A stretch of 64,000 nt of DNA from Phyllobates terribilis (taxonomy: Eukaryota): positions 384,338,001 through 384,402,000 of the forward strand of contig NW_027362769.1 of the NCBI RefSeq assembly GCF_046119375.1, written 5' to 3'. Positions within the stretch are counted from its first letter, which is position 1. Each line of letters starts with the position of its first letter. A model generated the notes under the pieces. That model ran no database searches, was not told the origin of the DNA, and worked only from the letters and a program-made list of their open reading frames with translations. Position numbers and translations under genes: made by a program. Shown here in pieces: positions 42,340 to 54,700 of this stretch.

Positions 42340-45300
42340 CTCAAAGTAAGGAACTCTTCATCTCTCCCTCCATTCTCCCCATTCATCTCACCACCTTCTC
42401 AGAACTATTCCTCAACATTTAATCCTGTGTCTCTAAGCACAGACAGTAACCTCATGCTCTCTTCTGCTCCCACCTGCTAACACTTTCTCTGCTCCTCCTC
42501 ACTGCTGGAGATATCTCTCCAAATCCTGGTCCTCCTCACCACATCCCCACAGTCACTTCCGCCTCCTATCCACGATCTATCACAAACTGTCGCAACCCTT
42601 CGAACCTTATACCCATCCACCCAGGCCCCACTAACAGGAGCTCTATGGAACGCTCGCTCTGTCTGCAACAAACTTTCCTACATCCATGAACTTTTCATTA
42701 CTAACAAACTTTCCTTCCTCGGCATCACTGAAACCTGTCTCACGCCCTCCGACACGGTCTCTCCAGCTGCACTTTCATACGGTGGATTCCACCTTTCTCA
42801 AATCCCCCACCCCAAATGTGGAGGTGTAGGCTTTCTCCTGTCTGATACCTGTGCCTTCACCCAAATCCCACTGCCACCCTCTGATACTCTCCCCTCTTTT
42901 GACGTGCACTATGTGCACATCTACTCCCCCCTCCAATCTCCAACTGGCTGTCATTTACCGCCTCCAGGACCAGCCACCACTTCACCACCTGGCTACTTCA
43001 TTTCCTTTCCGCTGACATCCCCACTATCATCATGGGTGACTTCAACATCCCCATCGACACTTCTCTCTCAGCTGTCTCTAAGCTTCTATCCCTCACTTCC
43101 TCCTTTGGCCTTGCTCAATGGTCTTCAACCCCCACTCACAAAGATGGCCACACTCTGGACTTCATCTTCACCTGCTTTTGTTCCCTATCTAACCTAACTC
43201 ACCTCTCCCTCTCTCTGACCACAACTTACATACATTCGCTACCCTCTCCTCTCCAGGTGCACATGCCCCACTCCACAAACTTGCACACCCTCGCAGAAAT
43301 CTCAAACACCTTGACACCTTGACTTACACTGACTCTCTGAATCCCTCCTCCCTCTTACAGACAAATTCCTTACACAATGCAGATGCTGCTGCCGCTTTAT
43401 ATAACACCACAATAGCTGCAGCTCTCGATTTGGTCGCCCCTCTGTGTGAGCTTTGGTATGTGTCAATCAACAGGTAACCCTGGCACACCAACCTGACTAA
43501 AGAACTGAGACGGACCTCCAGGGTTGCTGAGCGGAGATGGGAAAGGTCCCACCCCAACGAGCACTTCATCACATTCTAACAGACCCTCACTACCTTCAAG
43601 TCCGCACTCACTACAGCAAAACAAACCTACTTCTCATCTCTCATATCCTTCCTGTCTCACAACCCTAAACAGCTATTCAACACTTTCAATTCTCTCCTCC
43701 GTCCCCCAGCGCCACCTCCCTCTCCTCTCAGTCGAAGACTTGGTATCAATCAGACAATGCTTTTACCTAAAGTCCCCCCAGCTCCGACTCAGTCCTCCAA
43801 AACCAGCTTCTCCACCATTACACCATTTCCTCTTTACTCTCCAAATCACACCTCACCACCTGTGAACTTGACCCAATCCTGTCCCACCTCATCCCTAACC
43901 TCACCAGTCTTCATCTCAACCCTAACCTGCCTCATCAACCTGTCACTAACAGCTGGTGTCCTCATGCTTCAAACATGCCTCGATCACACCCATCCTCTCT
44001 AACTAGCTATCCCCCATATCACTTCTTGCTTACGCTTCAAAACTACTGGAACACGTCCACCTTGAACTGTCCTCCCACCTCCCCTCCTGTTCCCTCTTTG
44101 ACCGCCTCCAATCTGGCTTCCGACCGCACCACTCTACTGAAACTGCCCTGACTAAAGTCACCAACTACCTACTAACCGCCAAATCCAAGCGACACTACTC
44201 CATCCTCCTCCTCCTGGACCTGTCATCTGCCTTTGACACAGTGGACCATTCCCTCTTACTACAGACTCTCATCTCTCGGCATCACAGACTTGGCCCTATC
44301 CTGGATCTCCTTATACCTAACAGACCGGACATTCAGCGTCTCCCACTCATGCACCACCTCCTCATCTCACCCCCTATCTGTCGGTGTCCCCCAAGGTTCA
44401 GTTCTAGGACCTCTGCACTTCTCCATCTACACCTTTGGCCTGGGACAACTCATAAGAGTCTCATGGCTTTCAGTACCAACTCTATGCTGACGACACACAG
44501 ATCTACCTCTCTGGACCCGATATCTCCTCCCTACTAACCAGAATCCCACAATGTCTGTCCGCCATCTCATCCTTCTTCTCTGCTAGATTTCTAAAGCTTA
44601 ACATGGATAAAAATGAATTCATCATCTTTCCCCCATCTCACTCAGCACCCCCCGATCTGACCTATCCATCAAAGTCAATGGCTGTTCACCCTCCCCAGTC
44701 CTGCAAGCTCGCTTCCTCAGGGTAACCCTGGACTCTGATCTCTCCTTCAAACCACATATCCAAGCCCTTTCCACTTCCTGCCGACTCCAACTCAAAAATA
44801 TTCCCCGGATCCGCACATTCCTCAACCACGAATCTGCAAAAACACTAGTGCATGCCCTCATCATCTCCCGCCTTGACTACTGCAACCTCCTGCTCTGTGG
44901 CCTCCCCTCTAACACTCTCGCACCCCTCCAATCTATCCTAAACTCTGCTGCCCGACTAATCCACCTGTCCCCCCGCTATTCCCCGACCTCTCCTCTCTGT
45001 CAATCCCTTCACTGGCCCCCCATTGCCCAGAGACTCCAGTTCAAAACCCTAACCATGGCATACAAAGCCACCCACAACCTGTCTCCTCTATACATCTGTG
45101 ACCTAGTCTCCCGGTACATACCTGCACGCAACCTCCGATCCTCACAAGATCTCCTGCTCTACTCCCCTCTTATCTCCTCTTCCCACAATCGCATACAAGA
45201 TTTCTCCCGTGCTTCCCCCCCTACTCTGGAACTCTCTACCCCAACATATCAGACTCTCCTGGACCATGGAAGCCTTCAAAAGGAGCCTGAAGACCCACCT

Positions 45301-45540
45301 CTTCCGACAAGCCTACAACCTGCAGTAACCACCGCTCCACCATACCGCTGCATGACCAGCTCTTCCCTCACCTACTGTATCCTCACCCATTTCTTGTAGA
45401 CTGTGAGCCTTCGCGGGCAGGGTTCTCTCTCCTCCTGTTCCAGTCGCTGCCTTGTATTTGTTCAAGATTATTCTAATTCTTTTTATATGTATACCCCTTT
45501 ATCACATGTAAAGTGACATGGAATAAAGGGCGCTATAATA
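42340..45540 (+). mobile_element. L2-clade LINE, near-complete ORF2 (APE endonuclease + RT), degraded
   Basis: APE: ALWNARSVCNK...GITET...IMGDFNIPID...PTHKDGHTLD. RT: [17 protein letters not shown]...[12 protein letters not shown]...[11 protein letters not shown]...YADDTQIY. C-terminus HALIISRLDYCNLLLCGLP...LHWPPIAQR. L2-type 3' end gtaaagtgacatggaataaagggcgctataata. Many frameshifts. Confidence 0.92.
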
Positions 45541-45839
45541 GAGCCCCGAAACCGGACCCCTTAAGGATCCTGCGGTCGCGGTCATAAGATCTGACACATT
45601 GCGGTTCTCACATTTTCTCTCTGTCGGACTATTCTCCGATCACTGACCGACCATTATACAGAGGAGTCTGACCCCTTTACTGACCGTCACTCCTGGATGA
45701 TGGGAGAAGTTATTCTTGGAGGTTCAGATCCCGTCCTTTCTCAGGGCCGCGGTCTTAGTTAAATTGTGAATGCACCCCTCTATGGACGAGAAGCCCCCGC
45801 ACAGGAGTGGTCTCAGGGTTTCCCAAAAAGTCTGAGGGG

Positions 45840-47345
45840 CCTTCTCATCCCCGGAGGGGATCACTCACAATGTGCGGGGGGCTTCTCATCCATGGAGGGG
45901 ATCACTGACAATGTGTGGGGGGCTTCTCATCCATGGAGGGGATCGCAGACAATGTGTGGGGGGCTTCTCGTCCATGGAGGGGATCACTGACAATGTGTGG
46001 GGGGCTTCTCATCCATGGAGGGGATCACTCACCGTGTGCGGGGGGCTTCTCATCCCTGGAGGGGGTCACTCACAATGTGCGGGGGCCTCTCATCCATGGA
46101 AGGGGTCACTCACAGTGTGCGGGGGGCTTCTCCCCGGAGGGGGTCACTCACAGTGTGCGGGGGGCTTCTCCCCGGAGGGGGTCACTCACCGTGTGCAGGG
46201 GGCTTCTCGTCCCCGGAGGGGATCACTCACCGTGTGCGGGGGGCTTCTCGTCCCCGGAGGGGATCACTCACTGTGTGCGGGGGCTTCTCGTCCCCGGAGG
46301 GGATCACTCACTGTGTGCGGGGGCTTCTCGTCCCCGGAGATCACTCACAGTGTGCGGGTGGCTTCTCATCCCTGGAGGGGGTCACTCACAATGTGCGGGG
46401 GCCTCTCATCCATGGAAGGGGTCACTCACCGTGTGCGGGGGGCTTCTCGTCCCCGGAGGGGATCACTCACCGTGTGCGGGGGGCTTCTCGTCCCCGGAGG
46501 GGATCACTCACTGTGTGCGGGGGGCTTCTCGTCCCCGGAGGGGATCACTCACTGTGTGCGGGGGGCTTCTCGTCCCCGGAGGGGATCACTCACTGTGTGC
46601 GGGGGCTTCTCGTCCCCGGAGATCACTCACAGTGTGCGGGGGGCTTCTCATCCCTGGAGGGGGTCACTCACAATGTGCGGGGGCCTTCTCATCCCTGGAG
46701 GGGGTCACTCACAATGTGCGGGGGCCTTCTCATCCCTGGAGGGGGTCACTCACCGTGTGCGGGGGGCTTCTCGTCCCCGGAGGGGATCACTCACTGTGTG
46801 CGGGGGGCTTCTCGTCCCCGAAGGGGATCACTCACTGTGTGCGGGGGCTTCTCGTCCCCGGAGATCACTCACAGTGTGCGGGGGGCTTCTCATCCCTGGA
46901 GGGGGTCACTCACAATGTGCGGGGGCCTCTCATCCATGGAAGGAGTCACTCACAGTGTGCGGGGGGCTTCTCACCGGAGGGGGTCACTCAGTGTGCGGGG
47001 GGCTTCTCCCCGGAGGGGGTCACTCACAATGTGTGGGGGGCTTCTTGTCCCCGGAGGGGATCACTCACTCTGCGCGGGGGGCTTTTCATCCCCGGAGGGG
47101 GTCACTCTGCGCGGGGGGCTTTTCATCCCCGGAGGGGGTCACTCTGCGCGGGGGGCTTTTCATCCCCGGAGGGGGTCACTCTGCGCGGGGGGCTTTTCAT
47201 CCCCGGAGGGGGTCACACAGTGTGTGGGGGGCTTTTGATCCCCGGAGGGGAGCACTCACAGTGGGCGGGGGGCTTCTCGTCCCTGGAGGGGATCACTCAG
47301 TCATAGTGTGCGGGGGGGCTTTTCATCCCCGGAGGGGCTCGCTCA
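45840..47345. repeat. About 41-bp G-rich minisatellite (about 37 copies), intergenic
   Basis: Unit ggaggggatcactcactgtgtgcggggggcttctcgtcccc. Explains the 413-546 aa ORFs. Confidence 0.95.
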
Positions 47346-47602
47346 CTGTGTGGGGTCTGTATACTGGGTGGTCTCAGTATGCCCCTGGACCTGACTTCCT
47401 TAGCTCCCTCACATGGATCGCTCTGCCCCCGCTCAGCAGCTCAGGCGTTAATAGCGCTGGGGTCTGGAGCCTCTGTGCGGCGCCCCGGTTCCTGTGGGCG
47501 CTATATCTGTGAGGTGCAGCATCGGGGCTGAAGTTAGGACATATTGCAGGGTGCATATACATATCATGCGGTTTTGCTCCGTATTCAGGAGCTATAGCCT
47601 TA

Positions 47603-48277
47603 GGCTGTGTGCCCACGATGCAGAAATGCTGCATATTTCTTCCGCTTCTCCCTGGCAGGAAAAACAAATGTGGATTTTACATGCGTTTTTCCAGCCAGGT
47701 AGAAGCGTTTGTCAAGCGTTTTTGCATGCGGGTTGTCAAGCGCTTTTCCATGCGATTTTAGCATCACTTGGAAAGTGCTTGACAGCTTGTCCACACTATA
47801 TAAATCCATGCAACCGGCATATATAGTGTGACCAAGTAATAGTAAAAAAAAAAAAAGAATAAGAATGGTAAAAAATAAAGCTTATACCCACCTTCTGATG
47901 TCCACCGGTGTTTTCTCCACTCCGTCTGGTCTGCTGTATGGGTCGCGGTGTTGTGAAGGACCTGCGGTGATGTCATTCAGTCATATGTCAGGTCACATGA
48001 CTCAATGACGTCATGGCAGGTCCTTCACAACACCGCGACCCATACAGCAGACCAGACGGAGTGGAGAAAACACCAGGAGGACATCAGAAGGTGGGTATAA
48101 GCTTTATTTTTTACCATTCTTATTCTTTTCTTTTAACTATTACTTGTCCGGTTGCATGGATTTATATAGTGTGAACAAGCTGTCAAGCACTTTTCTAAGT
48201 GATGCTAAAATCGCATGGAAAAGTGCTTGACAACCCGCATGCAAAAACGCTTGACAAACGCATAGTGAGCACGTATC
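47603..48277. mobile_element. Fold-back MITE (PIF/Harbinger-like tta-GGC terminus) containing a 557-bp near-perfect palindrome
   Basis: 47705-47975 pairs with 48000-48261 (gcgtttgtcaagcg.../...cgcttgacaaacgc; tatacccaccttctgatgtcc / ggacatcagaaggtgggtata). Outer ends ttaGGCTGTGTGCCCACGATG and a degenerate CATAGTGAGCACGTATC. Confidence 0.75.
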
Positions 48278-48459
48278 AGAAGTGTAAAATACTTTAAGGG
48301 GATGTCCATACAATTCGGTTTTCGGTAATCGCATCACACCGATAATGAGCACAACCCGTGTCTGATGTAAGCTGTGAGCAGCCGCCGTCCCCCACAGCTG
48401 CTCCGCCGTCTGTGACCTCCCGCACAACTTCCAGCTCCATCTACATCCCCCACTCATCT

Positions 48460-48710
48460 GCCTCCAGCCAATCAGAACACTGAGAAACCAGCACTGGGCG
48501 TGGTTTGAGGGACCTCACAACAACACAGCGCCGCTGCTCCAATCAGCGAGCGGACTGGTAATGATTCTAACCAATGAACTAACGCCTGCCTCTTCGCTCA
48601 GCCAATCAGGGAGCGTTGTTTGATGTCCTCCGTCCAATGGGATGAGAGGGGCTGGGCTTGTACCGATAGCATCGTCTCGGAGGTGTCGTCTGCTTGCAGA
48701 GAAGCGCAGG
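48460..48710 (+). promoter_or_regulatory. ROGDI CpG-island promoter with five same-strand CCAAT boxes
   Basis: CCAAT at 48468, 48539, 48571, 48602 and 48634. CpG-rich, no TATA, 77 bp from the last box to the ATG. Confidence 0.8.
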
Positions 48711-51700
48711 ATGGCGACGGCTGCAGCGGCGGCGAGCGGTGCGGAGCGGGGCGTGCTGGTGAGTGTCCGTGACGTGGATGTGACTGGCCATCACACCCGT
48801 CCTTATTATCAGCCGCTCTTGTCCTGACCCCAAGAGCTGACAATCTATTCCCTTCCACTTGTGCATTATAACCGCCTCTGACCGCCATATTGTCGCCATG
48901 GTGACCACGTTACCGTTTTTCATCCTTGTTTATTTTCGCAGCGGATCCTCGTATCCGTGACGACGACCGCCGTCCGCCTGTGACGGTCACGGTGATGCCG
49001 GCGTGCAGCCACTCGTCCTCTCGCCATATGGCGCCGCTCTATCGCCGTTTCCGCTTTTTTATTACTTTATAGACGGGCGGTCACATGGTATAGGATCAAA
49101 TATGGCGTCCGCGGAGAGATCGGGACCCCCGGACGCCACTTTTCGGCAAATTGGTAAATAAGTCGTCCTCTCGTGGCGTCATGTGACCACATTTAAGGTA
49201 GAATGCCCCCCCACCCTTCACCACCAGGTGGCGAAATGTCAGTAAAAAGGACGGAAAATCCAGATTATTGGAATTCCTGTAATCTGGAATATTCCTAGGA
49301 ACAAGTGGTGCTAAAAAACTACAACTCCCAGCATGCCCTCGCCACCCGCTACTTTGCCGAGAGCTGTCGTTTCGCCAGTTCTCTGGAGTATCAGATGCCA
49401 GTGTAATCCGGCGGCTTTAGAGCGACTGGCCCTTTAAGTAATCTCTGCAGACGAGGCGTTCTCTCACATGCAGCGGCCGTCACATGATGATGAGAGCAGT
49501 AGTGGTTGTAGTTATCGCACAATAGGAGGGGAGCGTTATCCCGCCCCTGATCTCATTGATAATTACTCAAGTGGCTGATAACAGAGAGCAATAAATGGGC
49601 TGAAGTTACTTAAAGCTTTGGTGACAACTCCTTTCCCAGTGGCATTGGAGGGGTCGGTTCATTCAGTCGTTCCCCCTGGGGTTGTGGCACTGGTATATTG
49701 TCCTCCTGGTGGGGGCGCTGCGGAGCCTCGTTCTTCTTTTTTGGATCTGATCTCTGTTTTGTTGCTGCAATTTTGACCCGATCACAACGCTGACTGCGGA
49801 CTACAACCCACAACATGGTGTCTGTGTACACAACACACCAACATGTGCAGACCGGACACATCCGGGCTCCGGGCCGCCCTCCCCGGGAGACGCCTGACAC
49901 CCAAAACACAGCAAAAAGCCTCGCAGAGAGGGATAGAGGAGAGGTGCAGCGCGGGAGAAGCCTCGTAGGAGAGGGATAGAGGAGAGGCGCAGCGCGGGAG
50001 AAGCCTCGTAGGAGAGGGATAGGGGAAAGGTTCAGCGCGGGAGAAGCCTCGTAGGAGAGGGATAGAGGAAAGGTGCAGTGCGGGAGAAGCCTCGTAGGAG
50101 AGGGATAGAGGAAAGGTGCAGCGCTGGAGAAGCCTCGTAGGAGAGGGATAGGGGAAAGGTGCAGTGCGGGAGAAGCCTCGTAGGAGAGGGATAGAGGAAA
50201 GGTGCAGTGTGGGAGAAGCCTCGTAGGAGAGGGATAGAGAAAAGGTGCAGTGCAGGAGAAGCCTCGTAGGAGAGGGATAGAGAAAAGGTGCAGTGCAGGA
50301 GAAGCCTCGTAGGAGAGGGATAGAGGAAAGGTGCAGCGCGGGAGAAGCCTCGTAGGAGAGGGATAGAGGAAAGGTGCAGCGCGGGAGAAGCCTCGTAGGA
50401 GAGGGATAGAGGAAAGGTGCAGCGCGGGAGAAGCCTCGTAGGAGAGGGATTGAGGAAAGGTGCAGCGCGGGAGAAGCCTCGTAGGAGAGGGATAGAGGAA
50501 AGGTGCAGCGCGGGAGAAGCCTCGTAGGAGAGGGATAGAGGAAAGGTGCAGCGCGGGAGAAGCCTCGTAGGAGAGGGATAGAGGAAAGGTGCAGCGCGGG
50601 AGAAGCCTCGTAGGAGAGGGATAGAGGAAAGGTGCAGCGCGGGAGAAGCCTCGTATGAGAGGGATAGAGGAGAGGTGTAGCGCGGGAGAAGCCTCGTAGG
50701 AGAGGGATAGAGGAGAGGTGTAGCGCGGGAGAAGCCTCGTAGGAGAGGGATAGAGGAGAGGTGTAGCGCGGGAGAAGCCTCGTAGGAGAGGGATAGAGGA
50801 GAGGCGCAGCACGGGAGAAGCCTCGTAGGAGAGGGATAGAGGAGAGGCGCAGCGCGGGAGAAGCCTCGTAGGAGAGGGATAGAGGAGAGGTGTAGCGCAG
50901 CAGAAGCCTCGTAGGAGAGGGATAGAGGAGAGGTGTAGCACGGGAGAAGCCTTGTAGGAGAGGGATAGAGGAAAGGCGCAGCGCGGGAGAAGCCTCGTAG
51001 GAGAGGGATAGAGGAGAGGCGCAGCGCGGGAGAAGCCTCGTAGGAGAGGGATAGAGGAGAGGCGCAGCGCGGGAGAAGCCTCGTAGGAGAGGGATAGAGG
51101 AGAGGTGTGGAGAGGGATAGAGGAGAGGTGTAGCGCGGGAGAAGCCTCTTAGGAGAGGGATAGAGGAGAGGTGTAGCGCAGGAGAGGGATAGAGGAGAGG
51201 TGCAGCGCGAGAGAAGCCTCGTAGGAGAGTGATAGAGAGGCGCAGCGCGGGAGAGGGATAGAGGAGAGGTGCAGCGCGAGAGAAGCCTCGTAGGAGAGGG
51301 ATAGAGGAAAGGTGCAGCGTGGGAGAAGCCTCGTAGGAGAGGGATAGAGGAGAGGTGCAGCACGAAAGAAGCCTCGTAGGAGAGTGATAGAGAGGCGCAG
51401 CGCGGGAGAAGCCTCGTAGGAGAGGGATAGAGGAGAGGCGCAGCGCGGGAGAAGCCTCGTAGGAGAGGGATAGAGGAGAGGTGCAGCGCGGGAGAAGCCT
51501 CGTAGGAGAGGGATAGAGAGGTGCAGCGCGGGAGAAGCCTCGTAGGAGAGGGATAGAGGAGAGGTGCAGCGCGGGAGAAGCCTCGTAGGAGAGGGATAGA
51601 GGAGAGGTGCAGCGCGAGAGAAGCCTCGTAGGAGAGGGATAGAGGAGAGGTGCAGCGCGAGAGAAGCCTTTTACACCTGAGATGCTGCAGGGATGACCGT

Positions 51701-54700
51701 TCCTAATCTTTGCCCAGTCGGTCAGGTGATGTGGTGGGTGATAGCGCGGAGATGTCGGTATAATCATTACCCCGGAAACAATGGGCGCAGAGGAGCCAAG
51801 ATTACATCAGGAATGAGTTACAGGATCAGAGCAGGAAGAATGGAGCCAGATCTGCAGCAGGCGGCACAGCGGTCACCGGCTCCTGGATCTACCCTCTGGG
51901 CCTCTGTGACTCCTCCTTATTGGGGGGGCACATACTTTGGGCAATGTAGCCTCAGGGTCTCGAGCTTCGGTTTGCGGTGGGGGAGGCACTGCTGCACTGA
52001 TACACGTCTGATCTATAGCGTCCCCCCACTGGTTTCACTGTTCGCTATTTTGCAGGAGGAAGAGTTCAAATGGCTCCTGAAGGAAGAGGTGCACTCCGTC
52101 CTCAAGCAGCTGCAGGACATCCTGAAGGTCAGCGCACGGACACCGCACGTCACATGACATGTCAGACAAGATGGCCGCCTGGACCTGTGTAGCAGAAGCA
52201 GTTCTTCCAGGGGGTCTCCTGAGTGAGGGAGGGGGGTGGCGGGTTTACCTTTTATAGGCGCCATACACCTTAGAGGAACGTTCTTCCATCTCCCCAATAC
52301 TTGGCTGAGGATTCATATATTCTCAGTGGGAAGAGGAACTGAAGCCCCTGCCAGACCAATGTCCACCCTCCGGGCCCCTGTGCCTGCCCTGCGGACCCCT
52401 TAGTCCGTCCTCCAACCCTCCAGGCCCCTGTGCCTGCCCTGTGGACCCCTTAGTCCGTCCTCCAACCCTCCAGGCCCCTGTGCCTGCCCTGTGGACCCCT
52501 TAGTCCGTCCTCCCACCCTCCAGGCCCCTGTGCCCGCCCTCCGGACCCCTTAGTCCGCCCTCCAGGCCCCTGTGCCTGCCCTCCACACCCCTTAGTCCGT
52601 CCTCCAGGTCCTTGTGCCTGCCCTCCGGACCCCTTTGTCTGCCCTCTCACCTTCCAGGCCCCCCTGTCTGCCCTCCGGGCCCTGTGCCCACCCTGACGTC
52701 TGCAGGATTACTGTGTAGGAGTCTTCGGAGATGAGTTTGTCTTTGTGTCCCTCTCGGTTCTTGTAGGACGCCTCCCGGAGGTTCACCCTCCCCAGCGGAG
52801 CAGCAGACGGCGCCTCCAAGCAGGAGAACTTTGTCCTAGGCAGCTCCAGGTGATAGCCGGGGCCGGGGGGCTACACTGACGCCGTGGCCGTGGACGGCAC
52901 TGACGCTGTAGCACTGACTCTGCCCGTTTTTGGTTGCAGCACAGACCAGGTGAAGGGCGTCCTGACCCTACAAGGAGACACCCTGTGTCAGGCGGTGAGT
53001 ATGTTCCCGTTCACTGACAGCCAGCAGGGGGCTTGTCACTCGCAGTACAGGGGGCATAGATGTGGCCAGGGGGGCTCATCAGTTTCTTGGCTTCACAGGA
53101 AGTGAACCTGAAGGTGGCGAGGACCAATCAGACGCTGCACTTTGCATTCCGGGATGACAAGCAATGGAAGATGCAGCAGGTGGGTGCGCGGCGTCCGGAC
53201 CTCCCTGGGGTCCTGATACATCAGAGCTGGATCCGTCAGCAGCAGCTTTCTCTGCTGCAGATGCTGCGGCGGCTCTTTTCTCGCAGGGAAATGTAAATGT
53301 CTTTGGTTCCTCAGATTCAGGATGCCAGGAACCACGTGAACCAGGCGATCTACCTGCTCACCAACCGGGGCGAGAACTACACCTTCCAGACCGGGTCAGA
53401 GGTGCTGAAGGTGAGCGTGCCCCCCGGGGCGACCCCCACACCAGGGGGCCCAGATCAGGGGATGTGACCCGTCCGTCATCTCTTCTCCGCAGCTGATGGA
53501 CGCCGTGATGCTGCAGCTGACCCGAGCCCGCAATCGCCTCACCACGCCGGCGACCATGACGCTACCAGAGGTGGCCACCAGCGGCCTGACGGTAACACTA
53601 CATGCATCTGCAGCGCGGCTGGGAGGCTGCTGTGGGACTACAAGCCCCAGCATGCACAGATGGGCGCAGATTGTCATGACATGCTGGGACTTGTAGTTCT
53701 GGATCAGCTGGCATAGGCTGAGGAGTGAGCTGAACCCACCTCTTCTCTTCTCTTAGAAAATGTTCTCCCCGTCGCTCCCCGCGGACGTCCTGCTCAACTT
53801 CTATGTGAACGTGAACAAGCTCTGCCTCCTGGTCTACCAGCTGCACGCTCTGCAGCCCAACTCCACCAAGGTGAGACACTGACACGACCCCGCAGCTCTG
53901 CAGCCCAACTCCGCCAAGGTGAGACACTGACACGACCCCGCAGCTCTCCAGCCCAACTCCACCAAGGTGAGACACTGACACGACCCCGCAGCTCTGCAGC
54001 CCAACTCCACCAAGGTGAGACACTGACACGACCCCGCAGCTCTGCAGCCCAACTCCACCAAGGTGAGACACTGACACGACCCCGCAGCTCTGCAGCCCAA
54101 CTCCACCAAGGTGAGACACTGACACGACCCCGCAGCTCTGAAGCCCAGCTCCACCAAGGTGAGACACTGACACGACCCCGCAGCTCTGCAGCCCAACTCC
54201 ACCAAGGTGAGACACTGACACGACCCCGCAGCTCTGCAGCCCAACTCCACCAAGGTGAGACACTGACACGACCCCGCAGCTCTGCAGCCCAACTCCACCA
54301 AGGTGAGACACTGACACGACCCCGCAGCTCTGCAGCCCAACTCCACCAAGGTGAGACACTGACACGACCCCGCAGCTCTGCAGCCCAACTCCACCAAGGT
54401 GAGACACTGACACGACCCCGCAGCTCTGCAGCCCAACTCCACCAAGGTGAGACACTGACATGACCCCGCAGCTCTGCAGCCCAACTCCACCAAGGTGAGA
54501 CACTGACACGACCCCGCAGCTCTCCTCCTCTCACTATTGTTTCCTTCCTCTCTAGAATTTCCGTCCTGCCGGCAGCTCCGTCCTGCACAATCCCGGAGCC
54601 ATGTTGTGAGTATGAGGGGGGCAGATACTTATGTACCAGCAGAGCGACCAGTGCGCTGTGCCGCCTCATCCTCGTTGAGCGGATCGTGCCGCACACTGCA

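Noticed and set aside
45872-47512. 413-546 aa ORFs
   Set aside because: Intergenic G-rich minisatellite; same peptides recur in all frames.
49610-51767. 443-661 aa minus-strand ORFs
   Set aside because: Reverse complement of the purine-rich ROGDI intron 1 array.
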